Source: Pseudomonadota bacterium
GTDB taxonomy: Bacteria > Myxococcota > JACRCW01 > JAFGSX01
Direction of reading: 5' to 3'
Length of the DNA: 64,000 nucleotides
NCBI GenBank assembly: GCA_043821645.1
Contig: JBDRCO010000037.1
Location: forward strand, 1 to 64,000
Part shown: in pieces, positions 38,894-49,188 of the stretch
How positions within the stretch are numbered: position 1 is the first letter of the stretch
How the letters are laid out: each line of letters opens with the position of its first letter
Position numbers and translations under genes: made by a program
The notes under the pieces: generated by a model
Databases searched by the model: none
What the model saw: only the letters and a program-made list of their open reading frames with translations
Told to the model about the DNA's origin: nothing

Positions 38894-40141
38894 ATGCCCG
38901 GGGACTCCAAGGCACTCATCAAGAAAATCCGTTCGACCGCTGCCATGCGCGATGTGATGGCAGACTATTTCAAGGAGCTCGACGAGGCCGCGCGGACGCA
39001 CAGCTCCAAGGTCGCCTGGTGCACCAGCGTGGGGCCGGCGGAGCTGCTGCGAGCGCTTGGCTACAAGGTCTACTTCCCGGAGAATCATGGCGCCCTGCTG
39101 GGTACCTCGCGCGTGGCCGCTGACCTGATTCCAGCCACCAACGCCATCGGCTATTCGCCGGACATCTGCTCCTATTGCACCAGCGACATCGGGTCCTATC
39201 TGAAGAAGCAGACGCCCCTGACCAAAGCCTTCGGACTCGAGGGCGTGCCACGCCCGGACGTGCTGGTCTACAACACCAACCAGTGCCGTGACGTGCAGGA
39301 CTGGTTTGGCTGGTATCAGCGAGAGTTCCAGGTGCCCATGGTGGGCATCGAGACCCCGCGCAGCGTCGACGATCTCAAAGAACAGCACGTGCAGGATGTG
39401 GCCGGCCAGATCCGGGACCTGGTGCCCACCCTCGAGCAGATCGCGGGGGTTCGTCTCGACATCGACCGCCTGCGCGAGGTGGTCGCTGCTTCACATCGCT
39501 GCACCGTGCTGTGGAAGCGCGTGCTGCGTGCAGCCGAGCAGGTGCCATCACCCATCACCTTCTTTGATGGCACCATCCACATGGGGCCGGCAGTGGTGCT
39601 GCGTGGCGACGAGCGTGCCGAGCAGTACTACCAGGTCTTGCTCGCCGAGCTGCAGCAACGCATGGATCAGGGCGTGGCCGCTGTCGACGGCGAGAGGTGG
39701 CGCTTCTACTGGGACGGCATGCCGGTGTGGGGCAAGCTGCGTGAGCACGCGGAGCTGTTTGCCGGACGCCAGGCGTGCGTGGTCGCCTCGACCTACTGCA
39801 ATAGCTGGATCTTCGAGCCGCTGGCGGATCCGGATCCCTTCGTCGGCATGGCCAGGGCCTACACCGAGCTGTTCATCGTGCGCGCCGAATCCTTCAAGGA
39901 GCGCTATCTCGAGGCCATGGCCCGGGACTACAAGATCAACGGCTTCATCTACCACGACGCCAAGACCTGCCCCAACAACAGCAACAATCGCTACGGCATG
40001 CCACGGCGGATCGCCGACAAGCTGGGAATCCCTTTCGTGACCTTCAACGGCGATCTCAACGACCTGCGGCTGTACTCCGAGGAACAGGCGCGGACCCAGT
40101 TCGAAGCCCTGGTGGAGCAACTCGAAGAGAAGCGCGCGTGA
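38894..40141 (+). CDS. 2-hydroxyacyl-CoA dehydratase subunit (HgdA/FldB family)
   Basis: FPENHGA, GYSPDICSY, NTNQC, HDAKTC, GDLND.R..SEEQ..TQFEA. Confidence 0.9.
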   Translation: MPGDSKALIKKIRSTAAMRDVMADYFKELDEAARTHSSKVAWCTSVGPAELLRALGYKVYFPENHGALLGTSRVAADLIPATNAIGYSPDICSYCTSDIGSYLKKQTPLTKAFGLEGVPRPDVLVYNTNQCRDVQDWFGWYQREFQVPMVGIETPRSVDDLKEQHVQDVAGQIRDLVPTLEQIAGVRLDIDRLREVVAASHRCTVLWKRVLRAAEQVPSPITFFDGTIHMGPAVVLRGDERAEQYYQVLLAELQQRMDQGVAAVDGERWRFYWDGMPVWGKLREHAELFAGRQACVVASTYCNSWIFEPLADPDPFVGMARAYTELFIVRAESFKERYLEAMARDYKINGFIYHDAKTCPNNSNNRYGMPRRIADKLGIPFVTFNGDLNDLRLYSEEQARTQFEALVEQLEEKRA

Positions 40142-40190
40142 GGGACCAGACGTCGAGGGTGTGCAGCGCGAAAGAGGGGATGGCGTGGCA

Positions 40191-40994
40191 ATGAGCGACG
40201 GCGCCCTGTACTGCGGCGTCGACATCGGCGCCTCGGCCACCAAGCTGGTCCTCATCAACGAGGCCGGCGAGGTGAGAGCCCGCAGTGTGGCGCTATCGGG
40301 TGTGGACTACGCAGGGACCGCTCGCCTCAACCTGCAGCGCGCTCTCGGCGAGATCGGTGCCAGTGACGATCAGATCCGCCGCACCGTGGCCACAGGTTAT
40401 GGTCGCCGCAACGTCCCCTTTGCCCAGGACATGTCGACGGAGATCCAGTGCCACGGCATGGGGTGTTACCATCTGGTTCCGCGCGCCATCACCGTGGTCG
40501 ACATCGGCGGCCAGGACAACAAGGTGATCCGTCTCGACGGCAGCGGCCATCGCGTGGACTTCAAGATGAACCGCAAGTGCGCGGCGGGTACAGGCTCCTT
40601 CATCGAGGAGATCGCCCTGCGCCTGGCCCTCGAACCCGGGCAAATGGAGCCCCTGGCCGCGAGCACGGATCGCGCGGTCAAGCTGTCGAGCTTCTGCACC
40701 GTGTTTGCCAAGACCGAGATCCTGTCGCACTTGCGCGAGGGTGTCCCGGTGGCCGAGATCGTTCGCGGCAGCTTCCTGTCGGTGATCCACCGCGTGGTCG
40801 AGATGGATACTCTTGACGGTGAGGTGGTGCTGACCGGTGGCGTCATCGCCCACAACCCGACCATAGGCACGCTGCTGGCCGAGCGCCTGGGGCGTCCGAT
40901 CACCGTGCCGCCACATCCGCAGTACACAGGCGCCCTGGGGGCCGCCCTGATGGCCAGGCGCCAGGCCACGGTTGCAGACACAAGGAGCACATGA
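40191..40994 (+). CDS. CoA-substrate-specific enzyme activase (HgdC/BcrA/BadF ATPase)
   Basis: GVDIGASATK, ATGYGR, DIGGQDNK, MNRKCAAGTGSF, CTVFAKTE. Confidence 0.93.
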   Translation: MSDGALYCGVDIGASATKLVLINEAGEVRARSVALSGVDYAGTARLNLQRALGEIGASDDQIRRTVATGYGRRNVPFAQDMSTEIQCHGMGCYHLVPRAITVVDIGGQDNKVIRLDGSGHRVDFKMNRKCAAGTGSFIEEIALRLALEPGQMEPLAASTDRAVKLSSFCTVFAKTEILSHLREGVPVAEIVRGSFLSVIHRVVEMDTLDGEVVLTGGVIAHNPTIGTLLAERLGRPITVPPHPQYTGALGAALMARRQATVADTRST

Positions 40995-43072
40995 TGCTGG
41001 ACGGACTCTTCAAGCCGCGCGCGGTCGCTGTCGTCGGGGCCTCCAACAACCCCTTCTCGATCGGCCACATCGTCATCAAGAACCTGGCGGCCTACGGCTA
41101 CAAGGGACCCATCTTCCCCATCAACCCCAAAGGCGGCAGCATCCGCAGCTACCAGTGCTACAAGTCCGTGCTCGACATCCCCGTCGACGTCGACCTGGTC
41201 AACATCTCGATCAAGGCCACCCTGTTGCCAGGGATCATCGAGGACTGTGGCAAGAAGGGCGTGAAGTTTCTGATCGTGCACTCCGCTGGCTTCAAGGAAG
41301 TGGGCGAGGAGGGCATCCAGCGCGAGCGTGAGATGGTGGCGCTGGCCCACAAGTACGGCATGCGGGTTTTTGGCCCCAACTCCCAGGGTATCCAGAACGC
41401 CGATCCGGACATCAGCGTCTATGCGAACTTCACCTTCGTGCCCATGAAGCCCGGCAACATCTCCATCATCGCCCAGGGTGGTGGCATGGGCGAGATGCTC
41501 AAGCTGCATCTGCACAATGTTGGCCTCGGTCACCGCATGTACTGCTCCTACGGCAACGAGTGCGACCTGAGCATGCCCGAGATCCTCGACTACTACGGCC
41601 AGGATCCCGGAACCAAGGCCATCCTGATGCAGACCGAGAGCTTCAAGGATCCGAGGGCCTTTCTCGAGGTGGCGTCGAAGATCACACCGCACAAACCCAT
41701 CCTCGCCCTCAAGGCCGGCCGCACCCGGGAGGGCTCCATCGCGGTGTCCTCACACACTGGCACCCTGGTGGACCAGGCTGCCATGGCCTCGGCCATGTAT
41801 CGCAAGGCCGGTGTGCTGGAGTTTCACGACACCCAGACCATGATCAAGGCCGGCATCGCCTTCAGCTATCTCGAGCCACCCAGGGGTCGCCGTATCGGCA
41901 TGATCACCAACACCGGTGGTCCTGGCATCCAGGCCGTGGACGAGGCCGTGGCCCAGGGGCTGCAGCTCGCGACCTGGTCGGATGCCGGGCGCGCCCGCCT
42001 GAAGGAGAGCCTGATCCCCGAGGCCAGTGTGGGCAACCCCGTGGATGTGGTGGCGACGGGAAACGCGGACCACTATCACGCAGCCACCGACACCCTGCTC
42101 AAGGAGGAGGGTGTCGATATGGTGCTGATCTTCTTCGTCACCGCACCCTTCGTGGACCTCGACGCCATCGCGGCGCGCATGGAACAGGTGGTCAAGACCT
42201 CGACCAAGCCCGTGGTCATGGTCATCGAGACCATGTCGACCTGGTACGGCCTCATCGACAAGCTGCGCCAGTCCGGCGTGCCGGTCTACGAGTTTGCCGA
42301 GGACGGCTCGCGCGCGTTGGCGGCCATGGCCAGCTACAGCGCACTGCGCGACCGCGTCCGGGAAGACCTCCCGGAACTCAAGGTGGATCGTGTCGCGGCG
42401 GACGCCATCGTGAAGACCTACGCGGGTCACGACGCCTACCTGCCACAGAAGGAAGCCTTCGACCTGCTCGCCGCCTACGGCTTGCCCGTACCCAGGCTGG
42501 CCGTCGTGCGCAGCCGCGATCAGCTGGCAGCCGCTGGGCAGCGCGTGGGTTATCCCTGCGTGCTCAAGATCGACGCCAAGGATGTTGTCCACAAGTCCGA
42601 CGAGGGTGGGGTCTGCCTCGACCTGGCCGACGCTGCGGCTCTCGAGGCGGCCTTTGGCGAGATGCAGGATCGCTTCGCGGGCAAAGCCGCGACCTATCTC
42701 GTGATGGAACAGAAGAAGCCTGGCCGCGAGATCATCGTCGGCGCCACCGCGGCGCCAGGCCTGGGCAGCCTGGTCATGTTCGGTCTGGGCGGAGTCTTCG
42801 TCGAGGTGATGAAGGACGTATGCGTTGGTGTGGCACCGCTGAGCCGTCCCGAAGCACGCGAGATGATGCAGCAGATCAAGGGCTACAAGGTGCTGCAGGG
42901 CATGCGCGGCGAGGCCGGAGTGGACCTGGCCGCCGTCGAGGATCTGCTGCTGCGTGTGTCGCGTCTGACCTCGGACTACCCGGCCATCACCGAGATGGAC
43001 CTCAACCCCATCTTCACCTATCCGGCAGGACAGTCTCCGGCGGTCGTCGACGTGCGGCTCAAGCTCAAGTGA
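40991..43072 (+). CDS. ADP-forming acyl-CoA synthetase (fused alpha/beta subunits)
   Basis: VAVVGAS, GPNS.G, SSHTG (phospho-His), TNTGGPG, HKSDEGGV, MFGLGG, EMDLNP. Confidence 0.92.
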   Translation: MMLDGLFKPRAVAVVGASNNPFSIGHIVIKNLAAYGYKGPIFPINPKGGSIRSYQCYKSVLDIPVDVDLVNISIKATLLPGIIEDCGKKGVKFLIVHSAGFKEVGEEGIQREREMVALAHKYGMRVFGPNSQGIQNADPDISVYANFTFVPMKPGNISIIAQGGGMGEMLKLHLHNVGLGHRMYCSYGNECDLSMPEILDYYGQDPGTKAILMQTESFKDPRAFLEVASKITPHKPILALKAGRTREGSIAVSSHTGTLVDQAAMASAMYRKAGVLEFHDTQTMIKAGIAFSYLEPPRGRRIGMITNTGGPGIQAVDEAVAQGLQLATWSDAGRARLKESLIPEASVGNPVDVVATGNADHYHAATDTLLKEEGVDMVLIFFVTAPFVDLDAIAARMEQVVKTSTKPVVMVIETMSTWYGLIDKLRQSGVPVYEFAEDGSRALAAMASYSALRDRVREDLPELKVDRVAADAIVKTYAGHDAYLPQKEAFDLLAAYGLPVPRLAVVRSRDQLAAAGQRVGYPCVLKIDAKDVVHKSDEGGVCLDLADAAALEAAFGEMQDRFAGKAATYLVMEQKKPGREIIVGATAAPGLGSLVMFGLGGVFVEVMKDVCVGVAPLSRPEAREMMQQIKGYKVLQGMRGEAGVDLAAVEDLLLRVSRLTSDYPAITEMDLNPIFTYPAGQSPAVVDVRLKLK

Positions 43073-43118
43073 ATCCTGTTTCTGCGTCGATGCACTGCTG
43101 GATCCACGCTGAGAAGCC

Positions 43119-44540
43119 ATGAGCAACTGGATCCCCATCACCGTCGTTTCTGCCTACATGGTCGTGCTGTTCGGCATGACCGCCTGGGCACAGCGCCTGA
43201 ACCGGCGCGGTGGCGAGGGACTGGTGAGCTACCTGCTCGCGGGTCGGGGCTTGCCGTCCTGGGTTGCAGCAGCCCTGGTCGCGGGCCTGGCCGTGGGTGG
43301 GGCGTCGACCATTGGCGTGGCCGAGCGCGCTTACACGGTTGGAATCTCGGCGGGCTGGTACAACGCGGCCTGGTCCTTTGGCGCGCTGGTGCTGGGCCTG
43401 GTGGCGGCGCGGCGCTTTCGGCGCATGGAGCTGACCACCCTGCCCGAGTTCTTCGAGCGCCACTACACGAGCACCGCGCGCGTGCTCGCTGTGGCGGGCC
43501 AGCTCGCCATCCAAGTCGTGATCACCTCGCTGCAGTACGTGGCGGGCGGCGCTATCCTGCGCTCGCTGTTGCCCGAGGTGTTCAGCGATTTCGGCGGCAT
43601 GCTGACCACCGCAGTCGTGTTCGTGGCCATCACCCTCATCGGTGGCTTCTGGGCTGCGGGTCTGACCAACGTCGTCAACGTCATCGTCATCTACGTGGGC
43701 ATCGTGCTCGGTGCGGTGCTCACCCTGCAGCGGGTGGGTGGCTTCGAGGGTCTGCAGCAGCACCTACCCGCGGCACACCCGGGCTTCGACCTGTGGGCCG
43801 TGGGCCCCGGTCTCATCGCGGCCTGGTTCCTGATCATGGTGACCACCACCCATAGCAACCAGGCCACCATCCAGATCGGTTTTGCCACGCGGGACGAGAA
43901 GAGTTCGCGCAACGCCTACCTGCTGGGTGCACTGCTCATCCTGCCTGTGGGCTTCATCAGTGCGCTGATCGGCATGGCCGCGGCAGGCCTGTACCCGGAC
44001 ATCCTGCCCAAGGAGGCCCTGCCCCGGGTGGTGCTCGAGCTGCCGCCGGTGGCTGCAGGTCTGATCCTGGCGGGGCTGTGGGCCGCCGACGTGAGCACGG
44101 CCTCGGCCCTGCTCATGGGCAGCGCCACCGTGGTCTCCACCGACGTCATCAAGCGCTTCTTCGTGCGCGATCTGAGCCCGCACCGTGAGCAACTCATGTG
44201 CCGCCTGACCGTGGCCGGCCTGAGCGTATTCACCTTCGTGCTGGCCCTGGGTGTGTCGCAGAACATCCTGGGCGCGCTGCTCGCTGGATTGAGCCTGGGC
44301 ACGGCCTACGCGCTCATCGTGCTCATGACCCTGTTCGCACCCCGTCTGTGTCGTCGAGGATCTGGCACCTGGACCCTGGCCGCGACCATGGTGTCCTTCG
44401 GCCTGTGGTACATCATGCCCGCGGCGTGGCACCTCGTACCGCACCCCATCTACTTCACCTGGGTGGTGAGCTTGCTTGCCTTCTTCGTGGTGATGCTCGT
44501 CGACAAGCGGCCCATGCTGGGCGCGGATGCTGCTCGCTGA
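43119..44540 (+). CDS. Sodium:solute symporter family protein
   Basis: YLLAGRGL, VGGASTIG, TLPEFFERHY, AADVSTAS; about 13 TM segments. Confidence 0.9.
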   Translation: MSNWIPITVVSAYMVVLFGMTAWAQRLNRRGGEGLVSYLLAGRGLPSWVAAALVAGLAVGGASTIGVAERAYTVGISAGWYNAAWSFGALVLGLVAARRFRRMELTTLPEFFERHYTSTARVLAVAGQLAIQVVITSLQYVAGGAILRSLLPEVFSDFGGMLTTAVVFVAITLIGGFWAAGLTNVVNVIVIYVGIVLGAVLTLQRVGGFEGLQQHLPAAHPGFDLWAVGPGLIAAWFLIMVTTTHSNQATIQIGFATRDEKSSRNAYLLGALLILPVGFISALIGMAAAGLYPDILPKEALPRVVLELPPVAAGLILAGLWAADVSTASALLMGSATVVSTDVIKRFFVRDLSPHREQLMCRLTVAGLSVFTFVLALGVSQNILGALLAGLSLGTAYALIVLMTLFAPRLCRRGSGTWTLAATMVSFGLWYIMPAAWHLVPHPIYFTWVVSLLAFFVVMLVDKRPMLGADAAR

Positions 44541-44561
44541 TCGCCAGCTCGGGGCTTGACC

Positions 44562-45761
44562 TCAACCGCCGTAGTTGGCCACACCCACCACCTGCGTCGC
44601 TGGCAGGCTGAAGATTTCGTCGAAGCAGGTCGGGTCGACCACGTAGGGCCCGACGCCCGAGGTCATCTGCCAGCCGAAGCAGAAGCGTGCCGTGTAGGTT
44701 CCAGCCGGTGCAGGCGTGCGCACCCAGCAGTCCCGGCTCTCGTCAAACTCGCGCAGGTAGCCATCCCAGCTCTGCCAGATCTGACCTGAATCGGTGCTGT
44801 GGGTGAGGCTGTGCACCATGGGGCCCACCGCGGCACAGCAGCCCTCGCAGTCCAGGCTGTCACAGAAGGTGACGTCGCAGCGGTCGACCATGACCAGGGG
44901 CCTGTTGTCCTTCCACAGCTGCACCCAGCCTGGCGCGCCGCCGTCATCGGAGGTCTGCACGTAGACTTCCTCGGGCACATCGGTGTTGTAGCGCAGGCCG
45001 AGGCTCAGGGGCTGCGGATCGGCGCCGTGTCGATTGTCCGCCACGATGTGGTAGCGCGCATTGTCGTCGAAGACCTCGACGTCCATGTCCACCAGGTCCA
45101 GGCCGTGCCGGCTGTACATGGCCATGTCCACGCAGCCGTCGGCGCTCAGCACCTGGGCATTGCCGCCGTAACCCCAGCCCGCGCAGGGCCCGTCGGTGTC
45201 TGTCTCCAGGTACACGTAAAAGGGGCCGTAGGGCTCACCGCCGAAGATGCCGCAGGATGGTATCTCGCTCATCCACACCAGGGTGGCGCAGACCCGGGCC
45301 TGGGCGTCGTGACCGGTGACGAAGGATCGCTGGGCGCCGGTGGGCAGTTCGCCGAATTGCATGCTTGCAGGGTCGAGCACGACCTCGACGCGCTCGGTCG
45401 GGACATCCATGCCCACCAGGTCCGGCGAGCCCGCATCCAGGTCGCCATCCACCGAGCCGCCATCGAAGCCACCACCGTCGAGGGCGCTGTCCAGGCCTCC
45501 GCTGTCCCAGCCGCTGCTGTCGTACGCTCCGCCGTCCCAGCTGCCGCCATCGACACCGGCCTCGACGGAACCGCCATCCTGCGCGGCGTCCGCGGGCGAA
45601 TTCGCGTCCGCGCCCGCATCAGGTGCTGGTTGCGACGATGGTCCCACCTCGTCGGGGCCATCCGGTCCTATGCTGATGAAGATGCAGCCGCTCGAGTGCA
45701 GGACTGCAGCGAGCCACAAACCAAGCACTGCCACTTGCCAGGCGCGTTCCGAGGACCTCAT
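44562..45761 (-). CDS. Hypothetical lipoprotein with DGG/DSG-rich linker
   Basis: Lipobox HSSGC; GGAGGG RBS; Cys-containing C-terminal domain. Confidence 0.65.
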   Translation of the reverse strand: MRSSERAWQVAVLGLWLAAVLHSSGCIFISIGPDGPDEVGPSSQPAPDAGADANSPADAAQDGGSVEAGVDGGSWDGGAYDSSGWDSGGLDSALDGGGFDGGSVDGDLDAGSPDLVGMDVPTERVEVVLDPASMQFGELPTGAQRSFVTGHDAQARVCATLVWMSEIPSCGIFGGEPYGPFYVYLETDTDGPCAGWGYGGNAQVLSADGCVDMAMYSRHGLDLVDMDVEVFDDNARYHIVADNRHGADPQPLSLGLRYNTDVPEEVYVQTSDDGGAPGWVQLWKDNRPLVMVDRCDVTFCDSLDCEGCCAAVGPMVHSLTHSTDSGQIWQSWDGYLREFDESRDCWVRTPAPAGTYTARFCFGWQMTSGVGPYVVDPTCFDEIFSLPATQVVGVANYGG

Positions 45762-45918
45762 GTCACCCTCCTACCATGATGCGGACCTCGGGTTTCAAGG
45801 CCCGTGCCATGTGAGCGCCATTGAAAAAGTGTTGTGAGGCGGGCATCGAGGCACGACGGCGAGGGCAGCAGGTATCAGTTTTCTGAGTCGGGGAGAGCAG
45901 GGGCGGGGGAAACCGAGG

Positions 45919-47283
45919 TCAGCGGCTGAGCACGCGGGCGCGGGCCTTGGCGCTCTTCTGCACGGCGCTCTGGGTGGGTGCGTCAGCGTCCGCGCGGGTC
46001 GAGTCCTCCAGCGCATCCATCTGCTGCAGCTCCGAGCTCAGTGAGGCGCTGCCGATGTAGGCGTTGGCCTGGGCAGTGGCGGCATTCTGGGCGCGCAGGA
46101 TGCCCTGGGCCTTGTCGGCGTTGCCTTTCTTGTACTCCTCCATGGCCTTGTTCACGGCGGTGGCCACCTTGACCTTCTCCACCTTCTCGGCCACGTCCTT
46201 GTTCAGACTGGCAGCCACCTGCTCTCGGTCTGCCACGAAGCTGGCAGCCACGGCGGTGGTCGCGGTGCGGCCGGTGTTGGCCAGGGCATCGTGGTAGGCC
46301 AGGGTCACGTTCACCAGCTCTGTATTTCCGCTGCTCGCCGGGAAGCTCAGACGCGCCAGCACCTCGGACGAGCGCCCGCCCAGGATGTCGCCGATGGGGA
46401 TGGCAGCCTCGCTGCGGCCGGTGCTGGCCTCGTAGCCAAAGACCTCCTCGACGCGAACACCGTTCTTGAGGGCGATCTTGAGCACGGCCTCGCGCGCCAC
46501 CACGGCCATCATGGACTTGAGCTCCTCACCGAAGATGGTGGCCATGCGCGCCGAGTCGCGAATGAAGTAGTAGTTCCCCTGGCCCGCGTCGGCGATGCGC
46601 GACATCAGGTTCTCATTGTAGTCCGTGCCCACGCCCATCGTCGTCACCGTGATGCCCTTGCCGGCGGCGCGACGCGAGATGTCCTGCAGGCCCTCCTCGG
46701 TGTTGGGCAGACCGTCGGAGATGAGGATGATGCGGTTGACCTGGTCGCGGCGCATCAACGATGAGGCCTGCTCGAGACCTACGTTGAGGCCGGACACCAT
46801 GTCGGTGCCACCGCGGGCGTGCAGGGTATCGATGCGGCGAGCGATCTCGCGCGCCACGCCGGCGCCGATGACCCTGGCCTCGCTGAGCACCTCGGCGCCA
46901 TTGTCAAAGGACACGATGGCCACCTTGTCGCCGTCGGCGAGCTGATCGACCAAGAACTTCGCGGCCTGGCGTGCGTCCGCCATCTTCTCCGAGCCGGTGG
47001 GGCTGCGACCGCTCATGGAGCCCGAGCGGTCGATCACCACGACGACATTCATGGGCAGGCGTTCGGTCTGCGGAGCGCGCTGGCCCACCAGGGCGATGCG
47101 CAAGAAGGTCTCGCCGCGCTCCCCCGCGAGCAGGCGACTGCGTTCAAGGGCGGCATCCATGGTCACCGAGCCTTCGGCCGGGCTGCCGAGGGTGGTCTTG
47201 GCATTGACGGTGGAAGGAGGGGCGGCCAGCACAGCCAGCAGGGCCGTGGCAGCGACCAGGGCGAGGGGGGCGAACTTCTTCAT
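45919..47283 (-). CDS. Exported VWA domain protein (YfbK-like)
   Basis: MIDAS DRSGSMSG, GGTD, LISDG; signal peptide; CAGGAGG RBS. Confidence 0.88.
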   Translation of the reverse strand: MKKFAPLALVAATALLAVLAAPPSTVNAKTTLGSPAEGSVTMDAALERSRLLAGERGETFLRIALVGQRAPQTERLPMNVVVVIDRSGSMSGRSPTGSEKMADARQAAKFLVDQLADGDKVAIVSFDNGAEVLSEARVIGAGVAREIARRIDTLHARGGTDMVSGLNVGLEQASSLMRRDQVNRIILISDGLPNTEEGLQDISRRAAGKGITVTTMGVGTDYNENLMSRIADAGQGNYYFIRDSARMATIFGEELKSMMAVVAREAVLKIALKNGVRVEEVFGYEASTGRSEAAIPIGDILGGRSSEVLARLSFPASSGNTELVNVTLAYHDALANTGRTATTAVAASFVADREQVAASLNKDVAEKVEKVKVATAVNKAMEEYKKGNADKAQGILRAQNAATAQANAYIGSASLSSELQQMDALEDSTRADADAPTQSAVQKSAKARARVLSR

Positions 47284-47354
47284 GGCAGCCTCCTGGGTGA
47301 CCCGGAGCGGGTGACGCGGTTCAGGAGGGGAAACGGGCGAGCCCTGGCAGCGAT

Positions 47355-48683
47355 CTAGGCCGGCGTTTTTTTCTTCTTCGCGCGGCTCCTTCCCGGAGCC
47401 CGGCTGCGGGGCCGAGCTGGGGAACTCCGGGCAGGTCGTGCGGGGGTCAGGCCCAGACGCATCTCGATGATCGTGTGCACGAGCTTCTCGGCGAAGTCGA
47501 CGGCGTGCATCACCTTGTCCAGGTCCACGTGTTCGAGCGTGTCGTCGGGAAGGTGGTAGTGGGCGGCCGTTCCCAGCCGTCGGTCCAGACAGCACAGGCA
47601 GATCGCATCGTAGCCGTTGGCCAAAAAGGCGGCGGCGTCGGAGCCTCCCACCGGCGGCTCGAAGCCCTTGACGCCTGCGAAGCGCGGCTCGCTGGCTACG
47701 ACCTTGTGGACGGCCTCGATCAGCCAGGCTGGTGTAGGTGTCTGTACGACCTCTCCCTCGCCCTGCAGAAAGACCAGCTCGCCGTTGCCCAGCATTTCCA
47801 GCGACAGGCCCACCGTGTTCTGCGGCGACCATTGATCCCGCTTCGCCTTCACCAGGGCGTCTGCGCCGCCCATGCTCGCTTCCTCGCAGCCCGTGGCGGC
47901 GAAGACCAGCTCGACCTCGGGTGGCTTGACCGCGGCGAGGCGCAGAGCCAGCACAGGCAGGGCCGCCACTCCGGTGAGGTCGTCGTTGGCGCCGGGCACG
48001 ATCTGGTTGCGCAGGCAGACCTCGGCCGTGGCCAAAAAGGCGACCAGGCCCGGAGTGCCAAGCAGCCACTCGAGCGGTCTCAGGGGCCAGGTGAGTGGGC
48101 CGAACACCATGCGCAGCAGGTCAAAGCCTGCGAGTGCGAACTGGGTGTTGGTGGCCAGGGCCAGCGGTCGGTCGAGGAAGGGTAGGGGGTTCGCACGTTC
48201 ATCGCCACTGAGGGCGTCGACGACCCGGGGGTTGAAGACCAGACCGGTGAAGGCCGCGTCGAGGTGCGCGTTGAGCACGATGCGCAGCTTCGGCTCGCCC
48301 TCGGCCGGCAGCACCGCCAGCACATTCTGTGAAGGTTTGAAACCCAGCATACGGCGCAGCAGATATGCCCGGCGCGTCGAGTCCAGGCGGTAGGACAGGC
48401 CCGCCAGCAGGTGCAGTGGCAGCGCCAGGTGGGGTGCCACACCGGAGATCGCGGTGCCCAGGCTGCCCAGACCGAAGTGCAACGCAATGTTGGCGTAGAG
48501 GTTGTCGTTAAACTCGAAGCCCTCACTCCAGGATTCCAGTCCGAGCCTGGCAAACGCATCCTGCACGATGGTGGCTGCGCGCCGCTCGTCCTCGCTGGTC
48601 GGCTGGCGGCGGGGACACTCGTCGACCACACGCTCGATCAGGTCGCGGATGTACGCGCTCTCGTCGGCGATGGACTGGGGCAT
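47355..48683 (-). CDS. M28 family peptidase, membrane associated
   Basis: NAHLD, PGANDD, GCEE, SDA, HYHLPDD. Confidence 0.85.
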   Translation of the reverse strand: MPQSIADESAYIRDLIERVVDECPRRQPTSEDERRAATIVQDAFARLGLESWSEGFEFNDNLYANIALHFGLGSLGTAISGVAPHLALPLHLLAGLSYRLDSTRRAYLLRRMLGFKPSQNVLAVLPAEGEPKLRIVLNAHLDAAFTGLVFNPRVVDALSGDERANPLPFLDRPLALATNTQFALAGFDLLRMVFGPLTWPLRPLEWLLGTPGLVAFLATAEVCLRNQIVPGANDDLTGVAALPVLALRLAAVKPPEVELVFAATGCEEASMGGADALVKAKRDQWSPQNTVGLSLEMLGNGELVFLQGEGEVVQTPTPAWLIEAVHKVVASEPRFAGVKGFEPPVGGSDAAAFLANGYDAICLCCLDRRLGTAAHYHLPDDTLEHVDLDKVMHAVDFAEKLVHTIIEMRLGLTPARPARSSPARPRSRAPGRSRAKKKKTPA

Positions 48684-48781
48684 GACGTGATCTCCGCGGC
48701 CGGGTGAGCGGTGCAGTGCTCCGTCGTCGAGCCTGCCGTTCCGATCCTGGCTGGACCACCGCCCGGTGGTCATCAGTGGCT

Positions 48782-49174
48782 TCAACCCACCTTGCCGCAG
48801 GTCGCGGCAACATGCGGTTGAAAGTAGGACTCGAAGAAGGCGTCACCCAGGGATTCGCGGGCCAGCAGCGGCTCGACCTGCTGCAGCTGTCCCAGCCAGT
48901 ACTGCGCGATGCGCTGGTTGGGGTGCTGCTCGGCCAGGACCCGGATCAAGGGAACAGCCAGCGGCCGCTGGTACGCGTCCCACAGTCTCCGAATGGCGTG
49001 GTTGTAGGCATCCGGCTGGGCGTCGAGCGAACGTCGCGCGATGGCCTCGAGCAGCGGGGCCACGTCGCCGTGAGCAAGGGCACGCGCGATGGGGCGCTCG
49101 AGCCCTGAACCCAGTACGCGCCAGCCCACCAGGACCATGGTGACGAGGAGGGCAATGGCGATGACGGTGCTCAT
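48782..49174 (-). CDS. Small hypothetical membrane-anchored protein
   Basis: N-terminal TM; co-oriented with its neighbours; ends ATCGKVG. Confidence 0.6.
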   Translation of the reverse strand: MSTVIAIALLVTMVLVGWRVLGSGLERPIARALAHGDVAPLLEAIARRSLDAQPDAYNHAIRRLWDAYQRPLAVPLIRVLAEQHPNQRIAQYWLGQLQQVEPLLARESLGDAFFESYFQPHVAATCGKVG

Positions 49175-49188
49175 GACGGGTGCGCGGA

